Origin: Vicugna vicugna
Lineage: Eukaryota
Direction: 5' to 3'
DNA: 64,000 nt
Assembly (NCBI GenBank): GCA_013265495.1
Contig: MU058531.1
Coordinates: 1,108,678 to 1,172,677 of the forward strand
The notes beneath the pieces were generated by a model. That model made no database searches. It saw only the letters and a program-made list of their open reading frames with translations, and was not told the origin of the DNA. The position numbers and the translations under genes are program-made. Numbering within the stretch: position 1 is the first letter of the stretch; the number at the start of each line of letters is the position of its first letter. Of the stretch, positions 11,591 through 23,190 are shown one piece after another.

Positions 11591-14500
11591 CAAATTTATT
11601 TTGACTTTCATTAGTTCTGACCTTTCCAACTTTCTAGGATTAGCTAGTTGATTCCTATAAAAAACACTATAGGGATTGATAAAGGAAGTGCATCTAAATA
11701 GATTAATATGGGAAAATGTTGGCATTTGTATAATATCAAAATGTTGCCATTTGTATAATATTTATATAATATCAATATTTGTATAATATCTTCCCAGTCA
11801 GAAATGTGACGTATCTTTCTACATAGGCCTTCTTGAGAAATGATACATTTATATTATTTAATATAGATTTATACTTCTCCCTGTAAAGATTCTATACATT
11901 TTTGCCAGGTTTTTATAGTGCTTGCTACAACTTTAAATAGTATCATTTTGAAAGTTATATTTCTAACAGTTTGTTACAGGTGTTCAGGAACCATTTTTAA
12001 AAATCAGTTTAAATTAGACAACTTGTTAGTTTCCTTATTTCTTTTTATAGTTGCCTATTACTTCTCTTCTCTTGGATTTTTGAAAAGGGAATCATAGAAT
12101 CCATAAATAGTGATGCTCTTATTTTTTCATTTTGAATATTCATTTTATTTCTTCTTATCATCATTACTTCAATGGACAGGACTTACAAAGTAATATTGAA
12201 TAAGAGCTTTTGAGAATAGTTGCCCTTGTCTTGTTCCTGATCCTAAGTGGAATTATTATAGAGATAACACTGAGTATAACTTCTACTGTAGATTAATAGT
12301 AGATAAAATTTATGGAGTTATTCTTTTTATTCCTGGTGTGCTAAGAGATTTGGCTATAGATGGGCATTGAATTTTATCAAATGAATTTTCTGCTTCTTTT
12401 GAGGTGATCATGTTTTTTCTTGTTTTTCATGTGTCTGGCAAATTACATGAATAGCTTTTCTATTGTTAAGCTTTCATTTCTTGAGTAACCCAGTGTGGTT
12501 ATGATGTATTATCTTAACACTGCTAGATTCTGTTTGCTAACGTTTAATTCCAAAATTGTATATATGCTTTCATAAATGAAATTCTCTTACATTTTCCTTT
12601 TTTGTAATGTTTCTTCTAGTTTCTGTTTTCAAAGTTATATTACTATAATAGAATGATTATATTGAGTCAGAAAGTGTTCCCCCTTTTTCTTTTTTCTGAA
12701 ACAGATTGCATAACATAGGAATTAAATTTTCCTTGAAAGTTGGGAAAAACTTACCTGTAAAATTCCCTGAGGTACCAAATCTTTTTTGTGGATAGATTTT
12801 AAGTTACCAATTAAATACTTAAAAGGCCATATGTCTATTCAGCTTTTTCTATTTCTTCTTGAGTGGTATTTTCTGGAAGTGTTTTCCATTTCATCTAAAA
12901 TATCAATATTATTACAATAAAGTCATACATAGTAGTCTGTGACTTGGTAAATTTATATTATATCTATGGTCATATCTTATTCCTTCCCAGTATGGTGGTT
13001 CATTTGTATCATCTTTATTTTTCTACTGATCTTTTACTTGTTGGCCGTCTCCATTGTTTGTTTTCTATTTCATTAATTTTTGCCCTTATCTTTATCTTCT
13101 TTCCTTTGTCTTTTCTTGAGTTCATAGTTTTTTTTTTTCTGACTTCTTTAATTAAACGTGTTCATTAATACTCAAACTTTCTTCTTTTCAGGTGTACATA
13201 ATTCCTGTATTTTGTATCTGTAATTTCCTCTCTGAAGTACTGCTTTAGCTACATCTCACAATTTTGATATGCAGTTTTTCCCTTGTCATTTAGCTCTAGA
13301 TATTTAAAATTTTCCATTATGATTTCTATTTTCACCCATTAATAGTTCAGAAATGTTTTAAAATTTCCAGACATATGATTCCTTTTTTGTAGTTACACTT
13401 TTGTAATTCGTCTCCAATTTTATAGCATTTTGAAAGGAAATGTGGTTCATAGGATATTGATTCATTTGTTACTTTTAAATACTTGGTTTGTGGCCAAGTA
13501 TGTGGTCATTCAAAAATAAGTTCAATGTATAGTCTCTGATTGTTAGATACAGGAAATGTCATGTTTAAGTTATTAAGTGTGTTGTTTAAATCTTTAATAG
13601 TTTACTAATTTCTTTGCTTGAGGTATTTGAGCATTATTTAAAATAGCTCTTTATGGTTGTGGATTTCTTGGTTTTTTGCAACTATGGTCATATGTGGTTC
13701 ATATGTTTTGAGACTACCTTCTTAAAAGTCAACAACTTCAGAATGTTTTGATCTTTCTGATGGACAGTTCCTGGCCTATCTATATCATGATTCCTCCTCT
13801 GTTTCCACTTCTCCTTCCTCTGGTAACTAAATCAGATCCAGGGAATTCAGCCACCATTGCCTGTACCACATCCCCACTGCTCTTGGATGGTTTACATCCT
13901 GCCTCTGGGAAGGTTTTGCTAACTTTTCCTGAGATTTGCAGCCACTGATGCTCTTTATGCTTCCAGTCTTACACCCCCTTGCTCCAGGTCCGCTACTTTG
14001 GAAGAATATTTCCACTTATTTGGTGATTCAACTTTTAGCTGTCTCCTTGTTTTGCTAAAATTGGAGATCAAATCTTACTTTTCATTCTCCTTGTTGCTCT
14101 TGGATGCTTTCCAGGAAACACCTGTTTTTGCTGCCATCTTTACATTTGAATTTTGACATAATGAAACATAAAGTGAATCAGTATCTTTCGCTGCCTCCTG
14201 AACATCACCTTTGTCCATTTCTGACCATTCTTTCTTGTACTACAGGCTCGTTTTGTCTAGCATTTTAGTTCCTTTACCCCAAGCCAAATCATCATTATAT
14301 TGCTTTGTGGTCAGTGTCCATTTAGACTTCCCCATGTGTTTATTTATCAGTCTCTCCACTCACCTTTGCTTCTGCCTTCCCATGCCTTCTCCCAGAGTAG
14401 AGCTTTTAGAATTCTTTCAGTGGGGGGCCTGTGAACTAACCAATTATTTCAGTCTTTGCTTGCCTGATGATGTCTTTAGTTTGCTTCTACTCTTGAATTT

Positions 14501-14611
14501 TAGTTTAGCTGAGAATAGAATTCTAAAGGGCCACTTATTTTCCCTTGGCATATTGAAGTTATTTAGTTATGTTTCTATTGTTGATATTAAGACATTAGCT
14601 AGCAGTTTAAT

Positions 14612-15200
14612 TTATAGTTTTCCAAACATTTTTTATTTCACATCTGTATAAATAAAGCCAATTTTGAGTCCACATCTCTAGTACGTGTATATATATATAA
14701 TATTTATATATTAATTAATCAGTAAGTTAATATATTAATGTACACATATATAATATTTATATATTAATAAATTTATGCATAAATTAATGTACTGGTGTAT
14801 ACAAAATACAACATAAAATAGAAACATAAAAGACTGCATATATGAAAGAAATAATTTAAAAATTGAATTTATTTTCTTAATATAAAAAATTTTGGTTTCA
14901 CTAAATTAATAGCTGTAATAATTTTACATTAAAGAATTAAATATGGATAAGTATGCTTCATTGGTTTTAAATATCCTGATTGACACTTAATTTAACATAC
15001 TCTGAAATCAAACAATAGAAAGATCCGGCTACATGTTTGGCTTATTTTGCTGCTTGGTTTAGGGGCTGTAACAGCTCATAGCAAGAACAAAAAATCTGGA
15101 TCTCTCACAAGGACATGGATGCAAATGGGAACAATCGTTGGAGCTTTGCTAAGTCATGATACTCATCTTCTCACCCTCACTTATCAATTACACAAAAGTT
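14612..15200 (-). mobile_element. hAT-Charlie (Charlie7-like) DNA transposon remnant with decayed transposase C-terminus
   Basis: Minus strand ~15100-15156 translates DLAKLQRLFPFASMSL*E, resembling the hAT dimerisation motif LLPFASTYLCE; AT-rich subterminal block; terminus-like 'agttttccaaacatttttta'. Confidence 0.55.
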
Positions 15201-15406
15201 TTATTTCAATTCTATTACATTTCTATTCCCCCTTGTCCCGCCCCCAGTCAATCAATTATTCTTACAAACCATTTGGAATTTGTTGCATTTTTACATATTT
15301 ACCATATGTGTTTAACTTGCTGAAACTCTTCATTTGGAAGAGCTGTAAACAGGTTAGAAAATTCTATTTCCAGATTTTTTGTTCTTTTTTTTTTTTTTTT
15401 TTAAAT

Positions 15407-15488
15407 NNNNNNNNNNNNNNNNNNNNNNNNNNNNNNNNNNNNNNNNNNNNNNNNNNNNNNNNNNNNNNNNNNNNNNNNNNNNNNNNNN
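15407..15488. other. Assembly gap (82 N) flanked by poly-T on both sides
   Basis: Directly visible run of n. Confidence 1.
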
Positions 15489-15779
15489 TTTTTTTTTTTT
15501 TTTTGTAAATGTGCATCTATGAGATGCTTTCCTTTCAGAGTTGACATCCTTACGTTTTGGCGGGGGGAACAAAAAAGTCACATAGTTATAGAAAATGTCT
15601 TAACATCCCTAACAGCTAGAACCACTTCTGTTAGTTCTTTGTGTCACTCTAGGCAATGCACTTCCATTCTCTCTCCCATTCTGTTGTCCTGCCAGCCCCT
15701 AAGGTGCTCTGACACATTCCTGATCCACCCTAGCAAGCTGAGCAGAAAAATCCAGGCCTCTGGGAGATGTGGGTACAGG

Positions 15780-16080
15780 AATCAATGCACATCCACACGG
15801 TGGAATACAGTGCAGCCATGAAGAAATGAGGACACTCAGTGTGTGATGATCTTAGTCAGTTTCCAACATAACATTTAGAGAAAGCAGCAAAGGGAAGAAG
15901 GATACGTGAAATGTGATCCTTTCTGCATAAATTTAAAAAAAAAGATCGATATATAGTGCTAGTGTAAACAATTTTGGGATTGTTAAAAGTTCACAGTGGT
16001 TAACAGTCATGGGAAGAGAGACTAGGGAGTGAAAAATTTTTTTTTTGCACTTTTTTGAAGTATCCGAATTGGGTAATTCA
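15780..16080 (+). mobile_element. L1ME-like 3' region fragment
   Basis: 'cacatccacacggtggaatacagtgcagccatgaagaaatgag'. Confidence 0.55.
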
Positions 16081-16329
16081 GAATATACATTACATACATA
16101 CATGTGCATATGTATGTCATTTATGTGTGTATGCATGTGTATATATACTATATATAGTATATTGGAATTGCATATATTATATATAAAACAGAAAATTATA
16201 TGTTATGTATAACAAGATAATATATACTATATACATATGAACAGTAGGAGTTTTCTGTGCAGGGAAACTGTAAGCCATTTTTTCTGGTTTATTCTTTTTT
16301 ATTTCTTTCTGTTTAAAAATTTTTTGGAG

Positions 16330-16470
16330 AAGGGAACTATATTCAATATCTTATAATAGCCTTTAATGAAAAAGACTTGAAAAGGAATATGTGTGTGTGT
16401 GTGTGTGTATGACTGAATCCTTATGCTTTACATCAGAAATTAGTACATTATAATCTTCAATGAAAAACAA
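16330..16470 (+). mobile_element. Lineage-specific L1 3' tip with (GT)n
   Basis: 'agggaactatattcaatatcttataatagcc...atgactgaatccttatgctttacatcagaaatt...cttcaatgaaaaac'. Confidence 0.8.
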
Positions 16471-16519
16471 ATTCTTTAGGGGAAAAAATGTGGAAAACAA
16501 AAGATCTCATAGTGTGCCC

Positions 16520-16695
16520 ACACTAGTTTCCTAGAACTGCCATAATGAAGTAGCACAAACTGAGTGGCCTGCATGGCAGAAATTTGTGGTCTCCCAGTTC
16601 TGGTGGCTGGAAGGCCGAAACCAAGGTGTGAGCGGGGTTGGTTCCTTCCGAGTTCTGTCAGAAAAGGATCCATTCCAGGCATCTCTCCTGCACTT
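16520..16695 (-). mobile_element. MaLR LTR (MLT1B/C-like) fragment
   Basis: 'ctagtttcctagaactgccataatgaagtagcacaaactgagtggc...cagttctggtggctggaagg...ggttggttccttccgag'. Confidence 0.75.
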
Positions 16696-16709
16696 TTTTG
16701 AAGTATTTG

Positions 16710-17189
16710 GGTTGGGTAACCCAGCAGGTTCTGCATTCACAGATTCAGCCAATCACAGATTGAAAGTATTTAGGAAAAAAACCCAGAAAGTTCCAAAAAG
16801 CAAAACTCAGGTTTTTCCCCACTCCGGCAACTCTTGACATAGCATTTACATTGTATTTACAACTGAGGGAGTGGGTATGGCTCAGTGGTAGAGCGAGCAC
16901 ATGCCTAGCATGCATGAGGTCCTGGGTTCAGTCCCCAGTACCTCCATTAAAAAATAAATAAATAAATAAAATAAGTAAATGTATTTACAACTATTTACAC
17001 AGCACTTACATTGTATTAGGTGTTATAAGTAATCTAGAGATGATTTAAAGTAAAGTATACAGGCGGACTTAGAGGTTATATGCAAATACTATGCCATTTA
17101 TTAAATAAGGGACTTCAGCATCTGCAGATTTTGCTTGGGGTTGGGGTGGTTCCTGGAACCAATCCCCAGAGAATATCAAGGGAAGACTA
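16710..17189 (-). mobile_element. MER2-like Tigger (TcMar) non-autonomous element containing a SINE
   Basis: 'attaggtgttataagtaatctagagatgatttaaagt...ggttatatgcaaatactatgccattt...aagggacttcagcatc...cctggaaccaatcccc', ending 'aagggaagacta' followed by TA. Confidence 0.8.
16865..16979 (+). mobile_element. tRNA-Ala(AGC)-derived SINE (camelid vic-1 type)
   Basis: A box tggctcagtgg, B box ggttcagtccc, anticodon arm catgc-CTAGCAT-gcatg, (AAAT)n tail; perfect 13-bp TSD tgtatttacaact at 16852-16864 and 16980-16992. Confidence 0.95.
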
Positions 17190-18889
17190 TATTTATCATG
17201 ACAGGAATTCATAGAAGAGGGGTAAATAAATAAATAAAATGGAGATACTCTCTGGAGGAGGTGACATTAGCCCTCATTCTTGAAGGATAAGTTGTCTTTG
17301 TCCTTTGATAGGGGGTGGAGTTCATTTCACAACTCCCTCCCCTCTTTCTCCAGAGCAACATGGGAGAATGAATGGTCTGGACACTCAGGAGGTATCATTT
17401 ATTCCACGCAGTGAATACAAAAAGGGATAGAACTGAGGAGGCCAGATTAAGGGAGTAGATCTCAGGTGAATGCAAGGAAGAACTTGCGAACACCCAGAAT
17501 GGTTCCATAGGGCCTGCCTGGGGGAAGTGGAGCACAAGGTACAGGAGGGGTCTCCCTGGGGAGACTGTTGAATTAGACCTGTTCTCCGCACCAGGGAGAA
17601 AGCTTGGTAGGATATGGGAGAGGGCTGCAGTAAGAGAGATATGCATACAGTACTCCCTGGGAGAAATGAACCCCCAATCACAGGAAGGGGAGTTTGCTAA
17701 CACCCAAGCCACTGACAATGGAGGGGACAAAGGGGCAGCGGACTTACTTTAATAAGGAGAATCTGATTCCCCAGAGCAGGGCTTTGCAGCCATATTTCTC
17801 AGAGTCGCAAAGTCCAGGCCCAAAACATGGGGTCAAGAGTATGAGAATTCTGGCCCACGATGAATAAACCTGGCCTCAGCAGCTGCCACTGCTCTGGAAA
17901 TTTCTATGTTGAAAGAATCTGAGCCCTTGAGACTATTTCTAGTTCCAGCTGCTCTGCGGTATTAATAAAGGTCTAATTGCTAAAACCATGTGCAGTGGAC
18001 ATGGTGTTCATTTTCCTGACACATGGAAAATGCGGTTTGGAGGCTGAGCTGTCAGGCCCAAATCACCTCCAGACCCTGCCTAGTGCAGGCACATTTCATC
18101 ACTGGGCAGGACTTGCTAAGCTTGGTCGATGGCCTCATTACGGCTATTTGTATCTTGACATTGGAGCCGACATGATAGGTTAGCATTCCTGTCAAAGAGA
18201 CCTAGCACCACGTGTCCTTCCAGCCCTATTTCCCAGGGGATGCGGTGTGGACAGACTCCATCACGTCATCACCCCTGAAGATGAAGGAGCAGTTTGTCCA
18301 GCGTGGAGATCAGGTTTATAAGGTGTCCTCCAAATCTCACCAGGCAATTTAACATAGAGAATGCCACCTTGTAACTTGGAGACAATTAGGCTTCCTGTGC
18401 AAATCGAGGTGGGTGAGGATGGTGGAGGTGTAGCCACACGGCTCTGCACATCTGCAGGGACAGACATGCGTAGGCTCCATGTCACGGGAGACAGGTCTCT
18501 CTTCCTGCCCGCCCGCCCCACCATACCCACAGATCGTGGTTACTATCTCTCCTCCAAATCTAAATATATTTCACTACCTTATTGTTTCATGGTACCACCA
18601 TACGTATTCATAAAGCTACTCATAAGTTGTTCCTTGTTAAAAATACCAAAGTCCATACATTTATATTTTAATACTAGCTCCAATTTTTTATGGAGAAATC
18701 CCCCTCCTAAATTTACTCACTTTTAATTCCTCTTTCTGGCTGGTGAAGGGAGTTCCTAGCTAGCGCTTCGTTCCTTAGTGGGCTTTCCATGCCAGCTTTG
18801 GACTTCAGTACCTTAAATGATCCTTCTGAGAGGTTCCGTGCAAATATGCCTTGCTGATTTATGCTCCTCCCCACCCCGGCCATTGATAA

Positions 18890-19120
18890 GCTGTGTGACG
18901 TAGTGATTAAGAGCCTGAATATCACAGTCAGAGAAGCCTGGGGTTCCAATCCTGCTTGCACCGTTGATACCTCACGTGACCTTGAGCAAGTGTCTTCAAT
19001 GGTCTGTACCTTGGTTTTCTTATATGTAAATCAGGAAAAATAATAGTACCTCTGCATAGGATAGATATGAAAATTAAGTAAGTTATACGTAATATGCTTT
19101 GTAATAAATGCCAGCTATTG
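18890..19120 (+). mobile_element. MIR SINE, near full length
   Basis: 'gtagtgattaagagc...ggttccaatcctgc...gtgaccttgagcaagt...atatgtaaa...aataatagtacct...aataaatgccagctatt'. Confidence 0.85.
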
Positions 19121-19784
19121 GTATTGTCTCCACAGAAAGAATGTGGTTAGATCAAGTAAAAGTGGAGTCCTGGAACCCTCTGGAACAGGAGGGTTCAATG
19201 CCACATCCTCTCCCACAGGGGGCACAATAAACAAATGCTGAATTTGCACAGGTGTTCCTCTACAGGTCTGTGCTGTTTCCAGTGTTACCAGTGAATAGTG
19301 GGCATGAAATGGTTAAAGAGAAAAACCAAGTTTGGTTCCCACTACTGGAGGAGTAGATGCTTGTTCATACTAAACAGGAAATCCAGCCTAAAAGGGGCTG
19401 TTTACTGTGGAAGAGTCCTGGCTTCCTATAGCCAGAGGCAGCTCGAAAAGAGATGTCCTTGATTCATAGTGAGCTTGGCAAAGACCAATGCAGATGAGGA
19501 GAAGCTGTCTTTTGGTCAAGTGGACCGCAGGAATTTTGCAGGCTATTTTGGGGGTTCAGCAGTGCCCGAACCTGTGCAGTAGCCAGCAGGAACAGCTAGA
19601 GCCATGAAGGATGAAGAATGTGCTTTATGCTCAAGCTTGGTGGAATTGTTAGCAGAGACAACTGGTATGGTTCACGGGTCAAGCCAGTGAGTGATTGGTT
19701 TAAAGCCAGGATGATGAAAGAGGATTCAGATGTCATCTGTGCAGAGATATCTGCTTGGAAGAATCTGTCACCCTCACTGTGCGA

Positions 19785-20190
19785 GTGCTGTGATGAGCCT
19801 CCCAGACCCCCAGCAGGGATGTGAGCTGGGCTTACTCCCCAGCTGCCAGCACACAGCCCTCGTGTCAGTCCTCCTTGGAATTGCCTTGGCTGGGCTGCCT
19901 CACTCAGGGTCACGCCCCTTCCCAGGACAGCCTGATCCAGACAGACTGATGCAGGGGTACAAAGGTCCAGCCCTTTTGCCCCAACTCAGGACAGCCCTGC
20001 AGTTACTGTGTCTATAGAACCCCTCACAAAGTCAGCCCAAGGCTCCTGAGGTGACTACACTGAGACTTGACCTGTCACTCTGCCCAATCCAGCTTCCATC
20101 CACTCCCTTCCACGGGTGTGAACTCTAAGAGCAGTCCCTCAGAGATGCTCTGCACACTAATCTCCACCTCTGTATCTCCTTCCCTGCAGA
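19785..20190 (+). mobile_element. ERVL solo LTR, LTR16A-like
   Basis: 'ggtcacgccccttcccaggacagcc...gactgatgcaggggtacaaagg...ctctgcccaatccagcttcc...ctgcacactaatctccacctc'. Confidence 0.75.
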
Positions 20191-20199
20191 CTGGGACTT

Positions 20200-20472
20200 T
20201 CCCCTAATAAGCCATGGGCTCCTCTGCAGCTCCCAGTGGGCAGTGGGGTCATGTGACAGGGTGCTGACCAATGGGAGGTGAGCAGAGTAAGGTTGCCCAG
20301 GGATCTTCCAGGGATGGTGGAGGCAATGTGTGTGAGACGGCACAGGGTTACATGGAGGAGACTTGCATGCGTGGAAGATAAACCTTCGCTGTGTCTAAGC
20401 TCTGAGATTTGGGATTTGTTTTAGTTTCTGTGTTTGTTTTCTTACCAAACCCTAAGTTACCCTGTCTAATCT
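20200..20472 (+). mobile_element. MaLR LTR (MLT1I/J-like) fragment
   Basis: 'ggtcatgtgac...gaccaatgggaggtgagcaga...ataaacc...taagctctgagatttggga'. Confidence 0.6.
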
Positions 20473-20859
20473 AATGCATTAGCTATACTCTTTCAAAACT
20501 TTTCTAATTCCACAAGTTAATACCTGAATACATTATAAATATTTGTTGCTTGTCTTATGTCTGCTTAAATTATCTATTAGGGAAGTTTATCCCATTTTGT
20601 AGATTTAGTTATTCCCAATTAAACAGTATGTCTAATGAATCCTTTTATTGTGTTTATAAATTTTAGTCATTCTCATGGTAATATTTCCAATGAATTCTGT
20701 TTTTGTGTGTATTTATAAAGTCCCAAGTGAACTAAACCCTTTAGGTATTTTAACAAATAAATCTGAACAGAACAGCTCCAACTGAAAATTGCAGTCAATG
20801 TTCTGATATCCTGAATAGAAAAATTGAGTAAATATAAGCACACGCATTGATTGAATCTT

Positions 20860-21325
20860 TTAACCAATGTTAATTAAGCACCTATTATGTGTATCATGTG
20901 CTTGGAGTTTTGCTCTGTGAGAAGGGCTCCCAAGCCTCAGGAGCTCATTGGTCAGTGGGAGAAGCAGACCTGGGTCCAACTGCCATTGGAGTTCAGTGTG
21001 GCAAGGACAGGCCAGGGTGCACAGGTGGCTGGAGGGAGGAAAGGAGGGCTCGACTCTGCCTGTGGAGGGCCAGGGAAAGTGCCACACAGATGACTCTTAA
21101 ACCAGAACTTAAAGGAAAAGTTGGGATTCACCAGGTACTTGAAGGGGGCCAGGAATTCCAGGCAGAGACATTAGAAACAGTGCGATGCATCCAGGATGAC
21201 AGAGCTGGAACGGGAACCTGGCAGGGTGACAGAGGCATGGAAGGTGGGAGACGAGGTGGGAGAGCCAGCACTGCTGGATTCGGGAAGGTCTGTATGTGAT
21301 GCTGTGGGATTTGGACTTTGCCATT
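20860..21325 (-). mobile_element. L2 LINE 3' region
   Basis: 'aatgttaattaagcacctattatgtg...cctcaggagctca...ggaattccaggcagag...gatttggacttt'. Confidence 0.65.
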
Positions 21326-21489
21326 TACTTTTTCATTCATTTATGACCATGTTTGTTGACCTGTTTAATTATTTCTCTTCTGTATGCTAAGGCAGACACA
21401 GTTTTATTTTGAGGGGTAGAGTTTTTGCAATCATAAACTTCAGGCATCATCAGAACTGATTTCCAGCAGTTTATACCAGTAAAAACAAG

Positions 21490-22040
21490 ACCCTATGGTA
21501 CATCCAAACAGCAGAATAGTATTCAGTGCTAAAAGGAGATGAGCTATTGGGCCATGAAAAGGCAAGGAGGAAACTTACATGCCTGTTAATAAGTGAAAGA
21601 AGCCAGTCTGAAAAGGCTACATACGATGTGGTTCCAACCACATGACATTCTGGAAAAAGTAAACTATGGAGACAACGAAAAAAGATCAGTGGTTGCCAGG
21701 GGTTGGAGGAGGGAGGGGTGAACAGGCAGAGCATAGAGGGTTTGGGGGCATTGAAACGATTCTGTATAAAACCATAACGGTGGCTTTATGCCATTATACA
21801 TTTGTCTAGATTCGCAGAATGTACGACACCAAGAGCAAACCTCAGTATAAGCTATGGACTTTGGGTGATGATGATGTGTCAATGTAGGTTCATCAGTTCT
21901 AAGAAACGTTCTGTCTGCAGGGGATGTTGATGACAGGGAAGCACTGCAAGTGTTGGGGCAGAAGGTATATGGGAAAATCTCTGTACCTTCCTCTCAGTTT
22001 GACTGTGAACCTAAAACTGCTCTAAGAAATAAAGTATATC
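21490..22040 (+). mobile_element. L1MC1-like 3' end
   Basis: 'aagtgaaagaagccagtctgaaaaggctaca...ctatggactttgggtgat...ctctgtaccttcctctcagttt...gaacctaaaactgctcta'. Confidence 0.9.
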
Positions 22041-22959
22041 CAAAACAACCCCCCAAAAAGAACCCAGGGACTCTAAGCCCCCTGCTGCCACTTCTCAGAC
22101 ATTTAATCCTGGGCTCCCAAGTGCCCCCAAGCAAATTCTAAGGTTCCCTACAAGATGCTTTCTTACTTGTATTAGTTAGCACTGAAAGTCTTGTGGCCCA
22201 GGAAATTCCTCAGCCCAGGACAAACCAAGGTAGTCATTCTAAATTGTGATTAGGAATCTGTCCGACCTGCGCATGTTTTTCTTCTCAAGAGGTCTGAAGC
22301 AGCCAAGCCACAAACTACTGCCTTAGCCAGAGACCATCTGGGCTCCGGTGGCCTCTGGCAGCTCTGGGCAGCCAGTCTTTGTCAAGCCACCCTTCTGGCT
22401 TTGGGAAGGGAGACATGGCCCTCCTACTTCCACTCACTTCCAGGCATGAATACCCCACCCCCATCCCCGCCCCTTCACACACACCTTAATTTCCCACAGC
22501 GCAACAGAAGAGTAACAAAACTTCAGAAAGGCTTAGGGATAAAGGAAAGAAAGCTTAGTCTCAAGAGTCATCTCAGGTGTTGGCAGAGGCAGCCCCCTGA
22601 AGCACACCTCACCAGAGCCCTTATCAGCACTCCTGGTGCCTGGCTCCCCAGGGCAGAGCCCAGCTCACACCTGCTCCCAGAGAATTCAGGCCCAACTGTC
22701 AGATGACTTTGAGAGAGAAAGCACTTCTCTGTCCCTCCAGGTTCAGGCCTGCTTGCCAGAGAGGCAGCAACTACTCCCGACCCCAATATCCATTCTCTTG
22801 CCTCCTTAGTAAGAGCACTACCATTGATGAAGGGTGGCAAAGTGTCCAGGTAAAAGGCTATTTCTCATCCCCACAGCTTTGAAAGTGTTTGAGGGACTTT
22901 AGAAAGATTATTTAAAGGAGAATCAGCTGGGTGGCCTCACCCTAAAACACATACAGTTG

Positions 22960-23190
22960 CACACGCTATTTTTCCCTCTTCCATTTTTCTTCTTTCCAGG
23001 ATGTGTTATGGATACGATGGCTGGAGCTCTAGCAGCCATCCTGTGATCCTGAGAATGGAAGCCGTTCATTAAGGCTGAGGAGCTACCCTCACAGCTCTGA
23101 CTGCCTACTTCTAGACTTTCTTTTAGAAAGAGAAGCAAACCCTTATGTGTTTAAGATACCCTTATCTGGACTTTAACCTAATCCTGATTT
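22960..23190 (+). mobile_element. MaLR LTR (MLT1J/K/L-like) fragment
   Basis: 'gatggctggagctctagcagccatcctgtga...ctgcctacttctagactt...aaacccttatgtgtttaag'. Confidence 0.6.

Larger units (their letters stand above)
9660..14610 (-). mobile_element. Long decayed ancient L1 (L1ME/MD-type; 3' UTR, ORF2 and ORF1 remnants) hosting younger insertions
   Basis: T-rich + strand; RT motif remnant 'tgcccttgtcttgttcctga' (~12221-12240; minus strand S-G-T-R-Q-G); ORF1-like 'gaatagaattcta' near 14515; no open frame. Confidence 0.75.

Noticed and set aside
15047..15581. ORFs spanning the N run
   Set aside because: Artefacts of translating through the assembly gap and poly-T tracts
16865..16946. Possible tRNA-Ala gene
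   Set aside because: A-rich tail, TSD, insertion inside a MER2-like element and a 4-nt internal duplication indicate a SINE
17340..17760. Possible ancient LTR
   Set aside because: No termini, TSD or confident family match
19240..19780. Possible ERV internal sequence next to LTR16
   Set aside because: No PBS/PPT or coding motif identifiable by eye
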